Made by a program: the position numbers and the translations under genes | Notes under the pieces: model-generated | Seen by the model: the letters and a program-made list of their open reading frames with translations, nothing else | Database searches by the model: none | What the model was told of the DNA's origin: nothing | Shown here: positions 18,759 through 28,013 of the stretch, piece by piece | Layout: every line of letters begins with the position of its first letter | Position numbering within the stretch: position 1 is the first letter of the stretch | DNA from: a virus | Length of the DNA: 64,000 bases | Direction: 5' to 3' (one strand) | Virus record (IMG/VR): IMGVR_UViG_3300008261_000018 | Location: 21,175-85,174 of that record

Positions 18759-18880
18759 GGCTTGTCCTTCTTCGGCACGCAGTTCGGCACCTTTTTGCCG
18801 TCTTTGACCTTCATGCCGATGGCCTCATAGCCCTTCCAGCACGCGTCTTTGAGTTTGTCGCCTGCCTTGCGGACTGCCAT
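18755..18880 (-). CDS. small basic protein with a CWxGY…K.GK.VPNCV motif (41 aa)
   Basis: MAVRKAGDKLKDACWKGYEAIGMKVKDGKKVPNCVPKKDKP; ATGA overlap; below the ORF-track cutoff. Confidence 0.8.
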   Translation of the reverse strand: MAVRKAGDKLKDACWKGYEAIGMKVKDGKKVPNCVPKKDKP

Positions 18881-18882
18881 GG

Positions 18883-19542
18883 TCAGCGCTCCTTCTTGCG
18901 ACTGCCGTCTTCCTGGCCGCCGCGATCCTGCATCAACATCACCGCCGGCACGGAACCAAGCAGAGCGCCAATGCCACCGCCTCGGATCAGATTGCGACCC
19001 GAGCGAACAACTGCGGACTCGGCGGCGCGGGCAATCGGCACGCCCGACGGCTGCGGACCGTACTTGGTGTAATCGCTGCCAATCTTGCGCAGCACTTCGT
19101 CTTCAATGCGCTGAGCCCTTGCGCTGACCTTACGGGCCGCGTCATCGACGGCCCCGCGGTCAGGCGTGGCTGTCTGGCCACCCGAGAGCATGGTCATTAC
19201 AGCGTCCCCGCCGTACTGGGATGCCACTTGCCTCGCCGCTGCTGTATCGCCAAGTAGGCCGACCATTTCGTTGGCCAGCGGATCTCGAGCCATCACCAGG
19301 CCAACACCGGCCGCGGCGGTACCCAAGGGAATAGCGGTAATAGCAGCATTAGCCAGGTACTCACCACTGTTATTGATCGTGGCATCTCCCATGAAGTAAT
19401 CCAGGAGGTTCACGATCCCTGTTGTTGTCAGGCCTCCCACCCCGCTGAGGGCGGCCAGGGCGGTTACGAAATCAATGGAGTCAAGATCATCGCGTCCGAG
19501 ATCTTGCTTAAGGCGATCGCCAGCGAGTCGGTTCACAGTCAA
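18883..19542 (-). CDS. hypothetical protein (probable virion protein)
   Basis: 219 aa with hydrophobic Gly/Ala segments; TTGA overlap with the upstream gene. Confidence 0.7.
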   Translation of the reverse strand: MTVNRLAGDRLKQDLGRDDLDSIDFVTALAALSGVGGLTTTGIVNLLDYFMGDATINNSGEYLANAAITAIPLGTAAAGVGLVMARDPLANEMVGLLGDTAAARQVASQYGGDAVMTMLSGGQTATPDRGAVDDAARKVSARAQRIEDEVLRKIGSDYTKYGPQPSGVPIARAAESAVVRSGRNLIRGGGIGALLGSVPAVMLMQDRGGQEDGSRKKER

Positions 19543-20012
19543 GCCCTCTTAACAAAGCCTGGCAGGTCTTGGCCGTGATCAGGATTCTTGAGCAGGCGCT
19601 GACGCAGCTTCTCGCGCATCACCGGATCATTGGCATTCGGGATGCCTTCCACGTTCCGGCCAGGGATCTTGGGATAACTCAGATCGAAGCTCGGGCTACC
19701 CGCAAGGATCTCAGGCGCTCCCCCTTCGTCCCACTGTCCGGGGAACGCACGGTTCCGGTAGTCCTCCATCTGCTGGTCGTACAGGCGCTCGTCGCCTTCC
19801 TCCCATGGGATGACAGGCATATTCGAGTAGTCGCCCTCTTGCGGGCCGCCACCAACTGTGTCTACCAGTGTTCCGGCAATGGCCTCAGCAATTTGCTGAT
19901 CTTCCGGTGTCAGGATACGCGGATCGGTGCGACCTTGCTGCGACTGTCTGCCGATGTAATTCACTAGATCAGGCGACAGCCCAAGCCCTTCTCCAGCAAA
20001 CGCTTGTCGCAC
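19539..20012 (-). CDS. hypothetical protein
   Basis: GTG start 25 nt downstream of TAGACT. Confidence 0.7.
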   Translation of the reverse strand: MRQAFAGEGLGLSPDLVNYIGRQSQQGRTDPRILTPEDQQIAEAIAGTLVDTVGGGPQEGDYSNMPVIPWEEGDERLYDQQMEDYRNRAFPGQWDEGGAPEILAGSPSFDLSYPKIPGRNVEGIPNANDPVMREKLRQRLLKNPDHGQDLPGFVKRA

Positions 20013-20060
20013 TGTCCGGCAGTTAAGAGTTAGATCAAGTCTACAAAGACTTGCTTCTTC

Positions 20061-20276
20061 CTATTCCAAGTTCTCCTCCAAGATCGGCCGCAGTTGATCG
20101 GCAATCGGGAAGTGCCGCAGCAGTGCCTTGGCTTCTCGCCTGACTTCCCTTGGGATCCTCGGTGTCACTTTCGCGTTGGTCAGACGCAGCAAGAAGTCGC
20201 GGGTCGCAACCACCGCTGCCACCCGCTGCGTCGTGCTGGAAATCTGAGCCCTAGGCCGCTGCGGAAAATTCAGCAT
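20061..20276 (-). CDS. BPSL0761-like small phage protein
   Basis: R..AVV.TRDFL..L…IPREVRREAK.LLRHFP. Confidence 0.75.
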   Translation of the reverse strand: MLNFPQRPRAQISSTTQRVAAVVATRDFLLRLTNAKVTPRIPREVRREAKALLRHFPIADQLRPILEENLE

Positions 20277-20487
20277 CAGAAATGCGGATCGATTCCTCTT
20301 CTTCGTCGAACCACTGCAACCGGGCTTCGGCTACATCAGCGCCGACGCGCTCAACGTACATCCGGTGTAGCCCTGTGTATGTGAAGCAGTGCTCGGTGGC
20401 AGGGTTGCCGCGATCAAACAACTCGTAGAGATACTCCACGTAGTCCGCTCGGTTCTGATCCTGCTGAACAGCTGCTGTCGTTTTCAT
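20251..20487 (-). CDS. conserved cyanophage hypothetical protein
   Basis: DQ.RADY.E.LY…R……YTGL motif. Confidence 0.7.
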   Translation of the reverse strand: MKTTAAVQQDQNRADYVEYLYELFDRGNPATEHCFTYTGLHRMYVERVGADVAEARLQWFDEEEESIRISDAEFSAAA

Positions 20488-20593
20488 GTCATATCGCATC
20501 GTGCCTTGCAAGGCTAAGCAGTTACCAACCGATTGCCAAGGCTTGCAAAGCGCATGACACGGCCCATAATGGGCCCGACTCATCGCGCTAGCC

Positions 20594-20746
20594 GTGGACC
20601 TGCCGACCCCCGAACAGATCGACGCTCACTACAAGCAGTGGTTCACCGAGAACTACGTCGCCCCCTGCGGTAAGACCCCGCCGACCGTGATCGCCTTCGT
20701 GCAGGACGTGCTCGAGACCTTCATCAAGCCGCAGCTCGAGCAGTGA
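20594..20746 (+). CDS. small hypothetical protein (50 aa)
   Basis: GTG start MDLPTPEQIDAHYKQWFTENY…; upstream TTGCAA-N16-CATAAT; TGATG overlap with the next gene. Confidence 0.65.
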   Translation: MDLPTPEQIDAHYKQWFTENYVAPCGKTPPTVIAFVQDVLETFIKPQLEQ

Positions 20747-20937
20747 TGGATGCATACCGGCTGTCACTGACCCGCAGCTACCCCGATGAGGAGTACTGCC
20801 AGACGATCACAGTTCGCGTCGAAACCGAGGAGATCCACGCCTTGGTGCATGCCTTCTCGGACTTCCTGGAATCCTCGGGATTCCTCAGGGCTTCGATCGC
20901 GGCGTCGCTACAGTCCGCCGCGGCACGCATGCTGTAG
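20746..20937 (+). CDS. hypothetical protein
   Basis: LVHAFSDFLESSGF motif common in small phage proteins. Confidence 0.7.
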   Translation: MDAYRLSLTRSYPDEEYCQTITVRVETEEIHALVHAFSDFLESSGFLRASIAASLQSAAARML

Positions 20938-20984
20938 GCCATGGCAGGCGATGTCTTTACACTGAGGGAAGCATCGCCTGTCTA

Positions 20985-21122
20985 ATGGATCCCACCACTG
21001 CTGCGATTATTGCGATCATCATTGCCGCCGGTAGTGAGATCATTGCCCTGCTGCCGATTCGCAGCAACAGCTGGATTCAGCTGCTGATGCGCGCGCTGAA
21101 GTCACTCTTCCCAAAGCGCTGA
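20985..21122 (+). CDS. small membrane protein (holin-like, 45 aa)
   Basis: MDPTTAAIIAIIIAAGSEIIALLPIRSNSWIQLLMRALKSLFPKR; ends in the slippery sequence C CCA AAG. Confidence 0.75.
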   Translation: MDPTTAAIIAIIIAAGSEIIALLPIRSNSWIQLLMRALKSLFPKR

Positions 21123-21358
21123 AGCCGGGAACGACGTGGCTCTTGCGCTTTGGCGATAAGGACTGGAGGCATCAACTCCAGAAAGCTGCTCAGGACCGCA
21201 AGTTCGAGGCGACGCTAAAACCTCGCTTAGATGCGGCCATCGAAGACTGGCACGCAACGCAACCGCGAACGATTGCTCCGAAAATAAATCAACACGAAGA
21301 CGGCTCTATGGAAATCAGATCACCATGGAGTCATCATTCCGATGAATCAAGAAAATAG
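21110..21358 (+). CDS. -1 frame ORF, probable frameshift extension of the holin-like protein
   Basis: Open -1 frame from the slippery heptamer (PKALKPGTTWLLRFGDKDW…); only a weak TTG start at 21143. Confidence 0.55.
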   Translation, partial: PKALKPGTTWLLRFGDKDWRHQLQKAAQDRKFEATLKPRLDAAIEDWHATQPRTIAPKINQHEDGSMEIRSPWSHHSDESRK

Positions 21359-22483
21359 TCGGGCGTACTGGAGAATCACGAGTCCGGCACCACCGGGAGC
21401 GTCGCCATCGGGATAGTAATTGTAATAGCCAATGCCACCGCCGCCGCCGGCGTTCCCGCCGCGACCGTATGTAGGGGCGTAGGTTGTCGCGCCACCCCCG
21501 CCGCCGAGAATGCCCCCGAGGCCTGTGGACATGTAGCGTTACGGACTAGCGTCACACCCCCCGCAACCGCCGCCACCGCCGCCTGGGCCACCGGCCGTGC
21601 CTTCAATGGTGCGCGAAAGCGTACTTTCGTAATGCCACATTCCGGCCGAGCCGCCACCGCCGCCTAGGTAAATCTCATTTGGACTAATAAGAAAGTCGCC
21701 CCGCCCGGGTGTACCAGATCTGCCTGTAGCGCCACCGTAGCTGACATAGCAATTCACTACTGTTCCTGACGCACCGCCCGGACCAAATAGACCATTGCCG
21801 CCTGGCTCGGGGGTGTAGTTACTCGCCCGACTATTGGAAAACGCAGGCCTGCGCATTGAGCCACCACCGGCGCCCCCGGTGTAGCTGCCATTGTTGCCAG
21901 GGCCACCTATGCCGCCACCACCGCCCGAGGCGTAGGAGGAGCCATTACCGCCAGCAAACCCATCACGAATGCCATAAGGGGCGGGGGCGCTGCCACCACC
22001 TCCGCCGCCGGCGTTAGTGCTCGAAGCATAGTAACCAGTGCCGCCAGTGCCGCCTCGACGGTTGATATCTCCGCCAATGCCTAGGCCACCTACTCCATAA
22101 TTCGCAGTTCCAGCGACTCCGCCATTGCTCCCCGAGTTCGACACCTCGCAGGCGCCGCCATTGCCCCCAGTCGCCGAGCAATGACTGCCAAAGCTAGAGG
22201 TTCCAGACTGAGTTGTTGAGTTGTTGTTTGGGGCGCCAATTGTGATGGTCTCAGTGGAGCCAAGGCTGGCTGGGGTGATGTGCTTTACTGCCAAGCCGCC
22301 GCCGCCGCCGCCATTCGGGGTGACCGCTCTTGTGTAGTAGGAACAGCCCGTACCACCAGCGCCCCAAACATGGACGAGGATGGGTTTCGAGCCATCTAGA
22401 TCAGCGGGTTTGGTCCAGGTAAACGTGCCCTGTGTTCTAAAGATCTCGTAGCAGTTGTAGTTATAGGACTTGAAGTTGGCCAT
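21347..22483 (-). pseudogene. Gly-rich fibre/adhesin paralog B2 with an in-frame premature TAA at 21539-21541
   Basis: …GCDASP*RYMSTGLGGILGGGG…GLVILQYARLFS continues in frame; the paralog at 23739-24875 is intact. Confidence 0.75.
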
Positions 22484-22489
22484 CCCTGG

Positions 22490-23629
22490 TTACACCACCT
22501 TGTACTGAATAATGATCAGGCCGTCCCCACCGTCGCCGGCGTAATTGTCGTTGCCATAGCCACTCCCACCACCGCCGCCGGCGTTGCCGCCATGGCCACC
22601 ACTGCTGTAGTGGCACGCGCCGCCACCGCCAGCGAGAATCCCGCCGCTGCCGGCCACCAGGTATCCGCCGTTAGTGGATACAGCCCCAACCCCGCCGCCG
22701 CCGCCGCCCGGAGCACCGTTGGCGCCGTTGGCAAAGAAAAAGCCGGAGCTTTGATTGAATGCTCCGCCGCCGCCGCCGCCGCCACCGCCAAAGATGATCT
22801 CGTTAGGAGACAGGATCACTCCGCCTTCCCCGGGCTGAGCCGGACCAGCTACGTCGCCGCCATAGCTGACATAACCCAGATACGTCCTGGCCCCTTGGCC
22901 CCCGCCACCGAGAATGCCGGGGCCTCCCTGCCCAGCGCTGTAGTAACCCAAGTTCGAGGAGAAGCCTGGGCCAGCAGAGCCGCCGCCGCCGCAACCCATG
23001 TAATAGCCGTCACCGCCCTCGCCGCCGATGCCAGCACCACCACCAGCGCCGCGCGTGCTGAAGCCGTGCCCTCCGCGGTATCCGTCAGATAACCCGTACG
23101 GGGCAGGAGCAGATCCCCCGCCGCCGCCGCCAGCATTGGTCGACGCTGCGTTGTAGCCATCGCCCCCTGTTCCGCCCCGACGATTGATATCGCCGCCAAC
23201 GCCAAGTCCGCCAACGCCGTAAGTCGAACCGCTGCCCTGATTGGGAGTGCCATTACCGCCACTGTTACCACCAGTTGCTGAGCAGTGAGCGCCGAATGAG
23301 CTCGTGCCTCCTACCCCGTCAAAGGCGGTAGCACCAGTACCAATCACGAGAGTCTCAGTAGAGCCCAGTGCGCTGGTATTGATATATTTCAATGCCAGTC
23401 CGCCACCACCGCCGCCCTTCGCGTACGGCGCGGGTGCCCCTGAGTTCCCGTAGTCGCCAGCACCACCAGCTCCCCAGACGTGCACGAGAATACGGGTACC
23501 GATGAGCCCGGCAGGCTTCTCCCATGTATATGTTCCAGCAATATGGAAGATCTCGTACTGGTTAAATTCACCCGGCAAGCCGCCGCCACCGCCGCCACCG
23601 CCGCTGCTACCCGGAAATCTCCTTCCCAT
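22490..23629 (-). CDS. Gly-rich fibre/adhesin paralog A2
   Basis: MGRRFPG…; ILVHVWGAGG, SSFGAHCSATGG, GDGLIIIQY. Confidence 0.85.
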   Translation of the reverse strand: MGRRFPGSSGGGGGGGGLPGEFNQYEIFHIAGTYTWEKPAGLIGTRILVHVWGAGGAGDYGNSGAPAPYAKGGGGGGLALKYINTSALGSTETLVIGTGATAFDGVGGTSSFGAHCSATGGNSGGNGTPNQGSGSTYGVGGLGVGGDINRRGGTGGDGYNAASTNAGGGGGGSAPAPYGLSDGYRGGHGFSTRGAGGGAGIGGEGGDGYYMGCGGGGSAGPGFSSNLGYYSAGQGGPGILGGGGQGARTYLGYVSYGGDVAGPAQPGEGGVILSPNEIIFGGGGGGGGGAFNQSSGFFFANGANGAPGGGGGGVGAVSTNGGYLVAGSGGILAGGGGACHYSSGGHGGNAGGGGGSGYGNDNYAGDGGDGLIIIQYKVV

Positions 23630-23738
23630 TGAAAACCAGTGTCAGTCTGAGTGGATCAGAGGAGATTCGCGGTTGCGCGAACCCACGCATCTATAGATAG
23701 GTTAGCGCCAACAATGGGCCGCTCAGTCGTGCAAATAA

Positions 23739-24875
23739 CTAGACCAGTCGTGCGTATTGAATGACGACCAGTCCATCCCCACCGCGACCAGGCTGGGTCG
23801 GATCTCCATTCATGTAATACCCCGCACTGCCTCCACCGCCTGCATTGCCGCCCTTCCCGGGGGAGGCGTAATCAGAGCAGCCGCCACCACCGCCAAGCAA
23901 GCCGCCATCGCCAGCGCAGCCATAAAAGCCCGTCGTCGTGTATTTCCCTGTGCCGCCGCCGCCGCCGCCTGGGCCTCCAGGGCTGCCGTTATGCATGGCA
24001 CGAGGGCTTGACGGCAAATCGTTGTACTGCCCTGCGGTGCCGCCGCCGCCGCCCAGATAGATCTCATTGGGTGAGAGCAGGAAATCACCCCCGGCCCTAC
24101 TTGGATTGCGGCCAGCGCTGCCGCCATAGGTGACGTAGCAGACGTAAGTGGTTCCAGAGCAGCTTCCTGGGCCGAACAATCCATTCCCCCCAGGTTCGGG
24201 TGTGTAGCTGCTTGAGCGGGAATACGAGACCGGCCCGCTACGCATGGAGCCACCACCGGACCCTCCGCTGTAGGACCCGCTTCTACCTATTCCACCTATG
24301 CCGCCACCGCCGCCACCGGCATAGGTGGAGCCGTTCCCACCATTGAAGCCGTCCCTGGCACCGTATGGGGCAGGTGCGCTACCGCCGCCGCCGCCGCCAG
24401 CGTTGTCGTAAGTCGAGTAATAACCCGTTCCGCCTTGTCCGCCTCGACGGTTGATATCTCCGCCGATACCTAGGCCACCTACTCCGTAATTTGCAATGCC
24501 ATTCGTCCCGCCATTACTGCCTGCATTCGATGTCGAACAGACGCCGCCGTTTCCCCCCGTAGCCGAACAATGCGAACCAAAGCTCGATGTACCGCCTGGG
24601 AGGTTCGAGCTGTAATCGTAGGCACCGACGGTGATTGTTTCTGTGCCGCCAAGACTGGCTGGGGTGATCAGCTTGACGGCTAAGCCACCACCACCACCAC
24701 CTCTCCAGTTGCTGTCACTGCCGCTGTAGTAATCATTCCCGCTCCCGCCTGCTCCCCAGACGTGCACCAGGATCGGCTTACCGCCGTCTAAATCAGTCGG
24801 TTTTGTCCAGGTGTAACTCCCAGACAATTGAAAGATCTCGACACAGTTGTATAGATACGACTTGAAGTTGGTCAT
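23739..24875 (-). CDS. Gly-rich fibre/adhesin paralog B1
   Basis: MTNFKSY…; same conserved blocks as the other paralogs. Confidence 0.85.
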   Translation of the reverse strand: MTNFKSYLYNCVEIFQLSGSYTWTKPTDLDGGKPILVHVWGAGGSGNDYYSGSDSNWRGGGGGGLAVKLITPASLGGTETITVGAYDYSSNLPGGTSSFGSHCSATGGNGGVCSTSNAGSNGGTNGIANYGVGGLGIGGDINRRGGQGGTGYYSTYDNAGGGGGGSAPAPYGARDGFNGGNGSTYAGGGGGGIGGIGRSGSYSGGSGGGSMRSGPVSYSRSSSYTPEPGGNGLFGPGSCSGTTYVCYVTYGGSAGRNPSRAGGDFLLSPNEIYLGGGGGTAGQYNDLPSSPRAMHNGSPGGPGGGGGGTGKYTTTGFYGCAGDGGLLGGGGGCSDYASPGKGGNAGGGGSAGYYMNGDPTQPGRGGDGLVVIQYARLV

Positions 24876-24878
24876 GGC

Positions 24879-26012
24879 TCAACCCCCCTTCTTGTACTGA
24901 ATGATGATTAGGCCGTCGCCGCCAAAGCCCACGAACGAACTCCCGTAGCCGCTACCGCCGCCGCCGCCGCCGTTGCCGCCGTTGCCGCCATAGCAGTAGT
25001 GAGCTGCACCGCCTCCACCGCCCAGCATGCCTCCACTGCCAGCGCGACCGTAAAAGGATTCTGATGATTGAACCCCCAAGCCGCCGCCGCCAGCGCCAGG
25101 GCCGCCATTGCCACCGTCTTGCATGATGCCGACGGTGCTTTGGGTGTAACAAACGCCACCTCCACCACCACCTCCGCCGAAGACGATCAGATTTGGTTCA
25201 AGGATCATTCGGCCGCCACCATTTTGCGCAAAGTCACCAACGTCATGTGAGTAACTTGCGTACGCCATGTATGCAGTCGCTGCGATTCCGCCGGCGCCGA
25301 GAATGCCTGTACCGCCGTTGCCTGGTTGTCTGTACGAGCTTGTTCCAAATGCTCCTGGGCCCGCACTCCCGCCGCCGCCACCACCAGCGGTAATTCCCTC
25401 GCCTCCTTTGCCACCTATTCCACCACCACCACCACCACCGCGCGTGCTGTAGCCATCCCCGCCACGGAATCCATTTCTGTATCCATAGGGAGCAGGGGCA
25501 GATCCGCCACCACCACCGCTGCCGTTAGTAGACGAGCCGGTGATGCCATCCCCTCCTTGGCCGCCCCGGCGGTTGATGTCACCGCCAATGCCCATACCGC
25601 CGACGCCGTATAAGGATGCGCTCCCCTGATTTACCGCGTTATTGCCACCACTGTTCCCACCCGTAGCGGAACAGTGTGCGCCGAAGGACGAGCTGCCACC
25701 AGTGCCGACATGAGAGGTCGAGCCTGCGCCCACCGTAATGGCGACAGTGCTGGCTAACGAGCCAATCGGGATTGACTTGAATGCTAAGCCTCCACCGCCT
25801 CCTCCTTGCCCTACGGTATAACCGGATCCGCCGTAATCACCGCAGCCTCCGGCGCCCCAGACGTGCACGAGAATACGGGTCCCACTGATATCGCTGGGGA
25901 CGGTCCACGTGAATGTTCCGCTTTCTCGATACATCAAGTAAGCGTTAAATTCGCCGAACGAACCGCCACCACCGCTGCTGGCGTTTCCTGTTCCTGGAAA
26001 CCGTCGTCCCAC
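24879..26012 (-). CDS. Gly-rich fibre/adhesin paralog A1
   Basis: GTG start with AGGAGA RBS; MGRRFPG…. Confidence 0.85.
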   Translation of the reverse strand: MGRRFPGTGNASSGGGGSFGEFNAYLMYRESGTFTWTVPSDISGTRILVHVWGAGGCGDYGGSGYTVGQGGGGGGLAFKSIPIGSLASTVAITVGAGSTSHVGTGGSSSFGAHCSATGGNSGGNNAVNQGSASLYGVGGMGIGGDINRRGGQGGDGITGSSTNGSGGGGGSAPAPYGYRNGFRGGDGYSTRGGGGGGGIGGKGGEGITAGGGGGGSAGPGAFGTSSYRQPGNGGTGILGAGGIAATAYMAYASYSHDVGDFAQNGGGRMILEPNLIVFGGGGGGGGVCYTQSTVGIMQDGGNGGPGAGGGGLGVQSSESFYGRAGSGGMLGGGGGAAHYCYGGNGGNGGGGGGSGYGSSFVGFGGDGLIIIQYKKGG

Positions 26013-26019
26013 GTTCTCC

Positions 26020-26457
26020 TTAGCGACTTTCCGTGATCTTCTGAACTGAAGCTTCGCTCAGTACGCCTGCTGTTTTCAGTCTCTCCAGCAGAGCAATATC
26101 ATCCTGATTGTCCAAGTCAAGATGACCTAGAGCCTCCAGCATCGCCAAAAAGTCCCGCAGCTCTGCGTCCTCGCCTGACAGATCAGTCAGAGCAATGCGC
26201 TCGCCACGAGTCAACGCGCTCATGAACTCCGCCTTTGAAACCAGGCGCTTCTCCACAGGCGCGGCAGGCGCGGGCAGCTCTGCCGGGGCAGGCGCTTTCT
26301 TGAGCTTCCCGTCTTCTACCGTGTCACCCGGCTCGGCACCTTCTGGAGCTTCCTGGAATTCTTTAGCGATATCAGGATGGAAGCACTGAGCAATATCCTC
26401 GCAGCAGCAGACCTCGAGCACCAGGCCTGTTTCACTCAACCGTGCAAAGTGTGCCAT
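26020..26457 (-). CDS. tail fibre assembly-like protein
   Basis: MAHFARL…V.EV…FHPD; C-terminal SK.EFM..LT..ERIA; adjacent to the fibre genes. Confidence 0.65.
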   Translation of the reverse strand: MAHFARLSETGLVLEVCCCEDIAQCFHPDIAKEFQEAPEGAEPGDTVEDGKLKKAPAPAELPAPAAPVEKRLVSKAEFMSALTRGERIALTDLSGEDAELRDFLAMLEALGHLDLDNQDDIALLERLKTAGVLSEASVQKITESR

Positions 26458-26464
26458 GGCTTAA

Positions 26465-26800
26465 TCAGGACTCGAGACCGTATGCAACGAAGGAAATGTT
26501 TCCACTTCCGGAACCAACAAACATCCGCGCTCCAGTTTCAAGCGTGATGCCTGTGCGCTCGTATGCGCTCTTGGAAGACAGCGAATAGTCGTATTCGATG
26601 TAGTACGAATCGGCGATGGCGCCGCTGCTGGCGGTCACCGATGCAGGGACAACCGCAATTCGCACAGTATCAGCTGCGCTGCCCTGATTGCAGATCGACA
26701 GAATCAGCGTGGTTGTTGCTGTTGCCGTGACAATCGGGGTGCTGGCGTAAGTCGGCGCACCACCGCTTGGCTTGACGGCTCCCTTGACTCCCGAGGCCAT
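26465..26800 (-). CDS. small beta-rich tail/virion structural protein
   Basis: ICNQG…VRIAV…YIEYD…ERTGITL…SFVAYG. Confidence 0.8.
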   Translation of the reverse strand: MASGVKGAVKPSGGAPTYASTPIVTATATTTLILSICNQGSAADTVRIAVVPASVTASSGAIADSYYIEYDYSLSSKSAYERTGITLETGARMFVGSGSGNISFVAYGLES

Positions 26801-26864
26801 GTGAAATCAGCGATCAATCGGGCAGTGTGACTGCCACTTCTCTCAAGTATAGAAGCTGCTGACT

Positions 26865-27023
26865 CTATTCGTTCTCGGTTTCAACCCAACGCCTTAATTC
26901 CTCCTTTTCTTCCAAACGCGCCCGACCCTGCTTTTGTCCTGAGCCCGATTCCGGCGCACGAACACGACCGGCCGTGCCCGGAGCGCCGGGGCCCTTCTTG
27001 GGCGCAGCCTTGCGGAAAATCAA
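26865..27023 (-). CDS. small hypothetical protein (52 aa)
   Basis: TTG start overlapping the upstream TGA; MIFRKAAPKKGPG…EEKEELRRWVETENE*; fills the gap; not in the ORF track. Confidence 0.5.
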   Translation of the reverse strand: MIFRKAAPKKGPGAPGTAGRVRAPESGSGQKQGRARLEEKEELRRWVETENE

Positions 27024-27748
27024 GTGCAGTTGGCGTAGAAGAACGCCAATTGACGATCCGCAATCGATGTCGTGTACGTACCAGAGACTAGAAGCTGCCA
27101 GTTGACGACCTCTCCGGGATCCGCAATATTGCCGGCACTGGCCGTGTGATCCGTCAAGCAGAGATACAGATCCAGGTTCGGAGCGACCCCACTGGTTGCC
27201 AGGTCGCCCTTGAAGTAGGCGGTGCCATTGACATAAGCGCCTCGGCTCTGGCTGCCGGAGGCGTACCGCTGCCAGTAGCTGCTGCTCAGGAAATCGGCAA
27301 TAAAGCTAGCGCTAGCGGTGTGATTCACCAGGCAGCGATAGCTCTGCCCCAGATGCACTACAACATCGTCGACTTTATAGGCCGTCGTCGCGGCCCAGGC
27401 GCCCCGCGGGTTGTATGCCTGAGCGAAGACCTCCCAGTAGCTTGCATTGGGCGGCTCGTTGTTCGTGCTGGCAGCCGTGTTGCGATAGTACGTACCGCCG
27501 TGTTTCACCAGGTCGTTCGGCAGATACGCCGTTGCCGAACTCCAAGCACCACGCGGATTAAGGCCGCTAACCATTCGCGACCAGTAAGTCGCGTTGGTCG
27601 GAGCATTCCCGATGGTCGCTAATGCATTGACATAGCAAAAGACGTCACCGCCATAGACGACAACGTCGTTGTATTCGTACTGCGTCGAGGAGACGTACGC
27701 GCCGCGGTACTGGAACCGCAGTTTGCCGAGATCAATAACGGTGCTCAT
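27020..27748 (-). CDS. tail protein with carbohydrate-binding-like (CBM5/12-like) repeats
   Basis: Four repeats of RGA(W/Y)…T.Y..(N/D)D.V…G..Y…W. Confidence 0.8.
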   Translation of the reverse strand: MSTVIDLGKLRFQYRGAYVSSTQYEYNDVVVYGGDVFCYVNALATIGNAPTNATYWSRMVSGLNPRGAWSSATAYLPNDLVKHGGTYYRNTAASTNNEPPNASYWEVFAQAYNPRGAWAATTAYKVDDVVVHLGQSYRCLVNHTASASFIADFLSSSYWQRYASGSQSRGAYVNGTAYFKGDLATSGVAPNLDLYLCLTDHTASAGNIADPGEVVNWQLLVSGTYTTSIADRQLAFFYANCT

Positions 27749-28011
27749 ACGATCTCAACCTGCAGATGCCCGGGGTACAAAGTCGACCAGCTGAATCGAA
27801 GGAGTTTGTCAGACCACACCAGCTGAGCGTAGTCCTCAGTGTTGATTATAGAGTCGTCTCCTAGCTTCACAAAGCTGCCATCGTCGTGACGCACGACGTC
27901 GAGTGCCCCGCTCGCGATGTCGAAATCAAACCCATAGGCCACCTTGCCGCTGGGCTCCGGAAATTCCAGGATCCCAGGGGCTATAACCTCTCTGACCAGT
28001 TGCACAGACAT
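27745..28011 (-). CDS. virion structural protein
   Basis: 88 aa, translationally coupled. Confidence 0.75.
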   Translation of the reverse strand: MSVQLVREVIAPGILEFPEPSGKVAYGFDFDIASGALDVVRHDDGSFVKLGDDSIINTEDYAQLVWSDKLLRFSWSTLYPGHLQVEIV

Positions 28012-28013
28012 GG

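Noticed and set aside
21539-21541. Stop-codon reassignment
   Set aside because: TAA, TAG and TGA all terminate well-supported genes elsewhere; only one internal stop was found.
21347-26012. Diversity-generating retroelement acting on the Gly-rich genes
   Set aside because: No reverse transcriptase in the window, and no template/variable repeat pair differing only at adenines was seen.
26865-27020. Structured ncRNA in the GC-rich gap
   Set aside because: A long hairpin can be drawn, but a translationally coupled 52-aa ORF fills the gap and explains it more simply.
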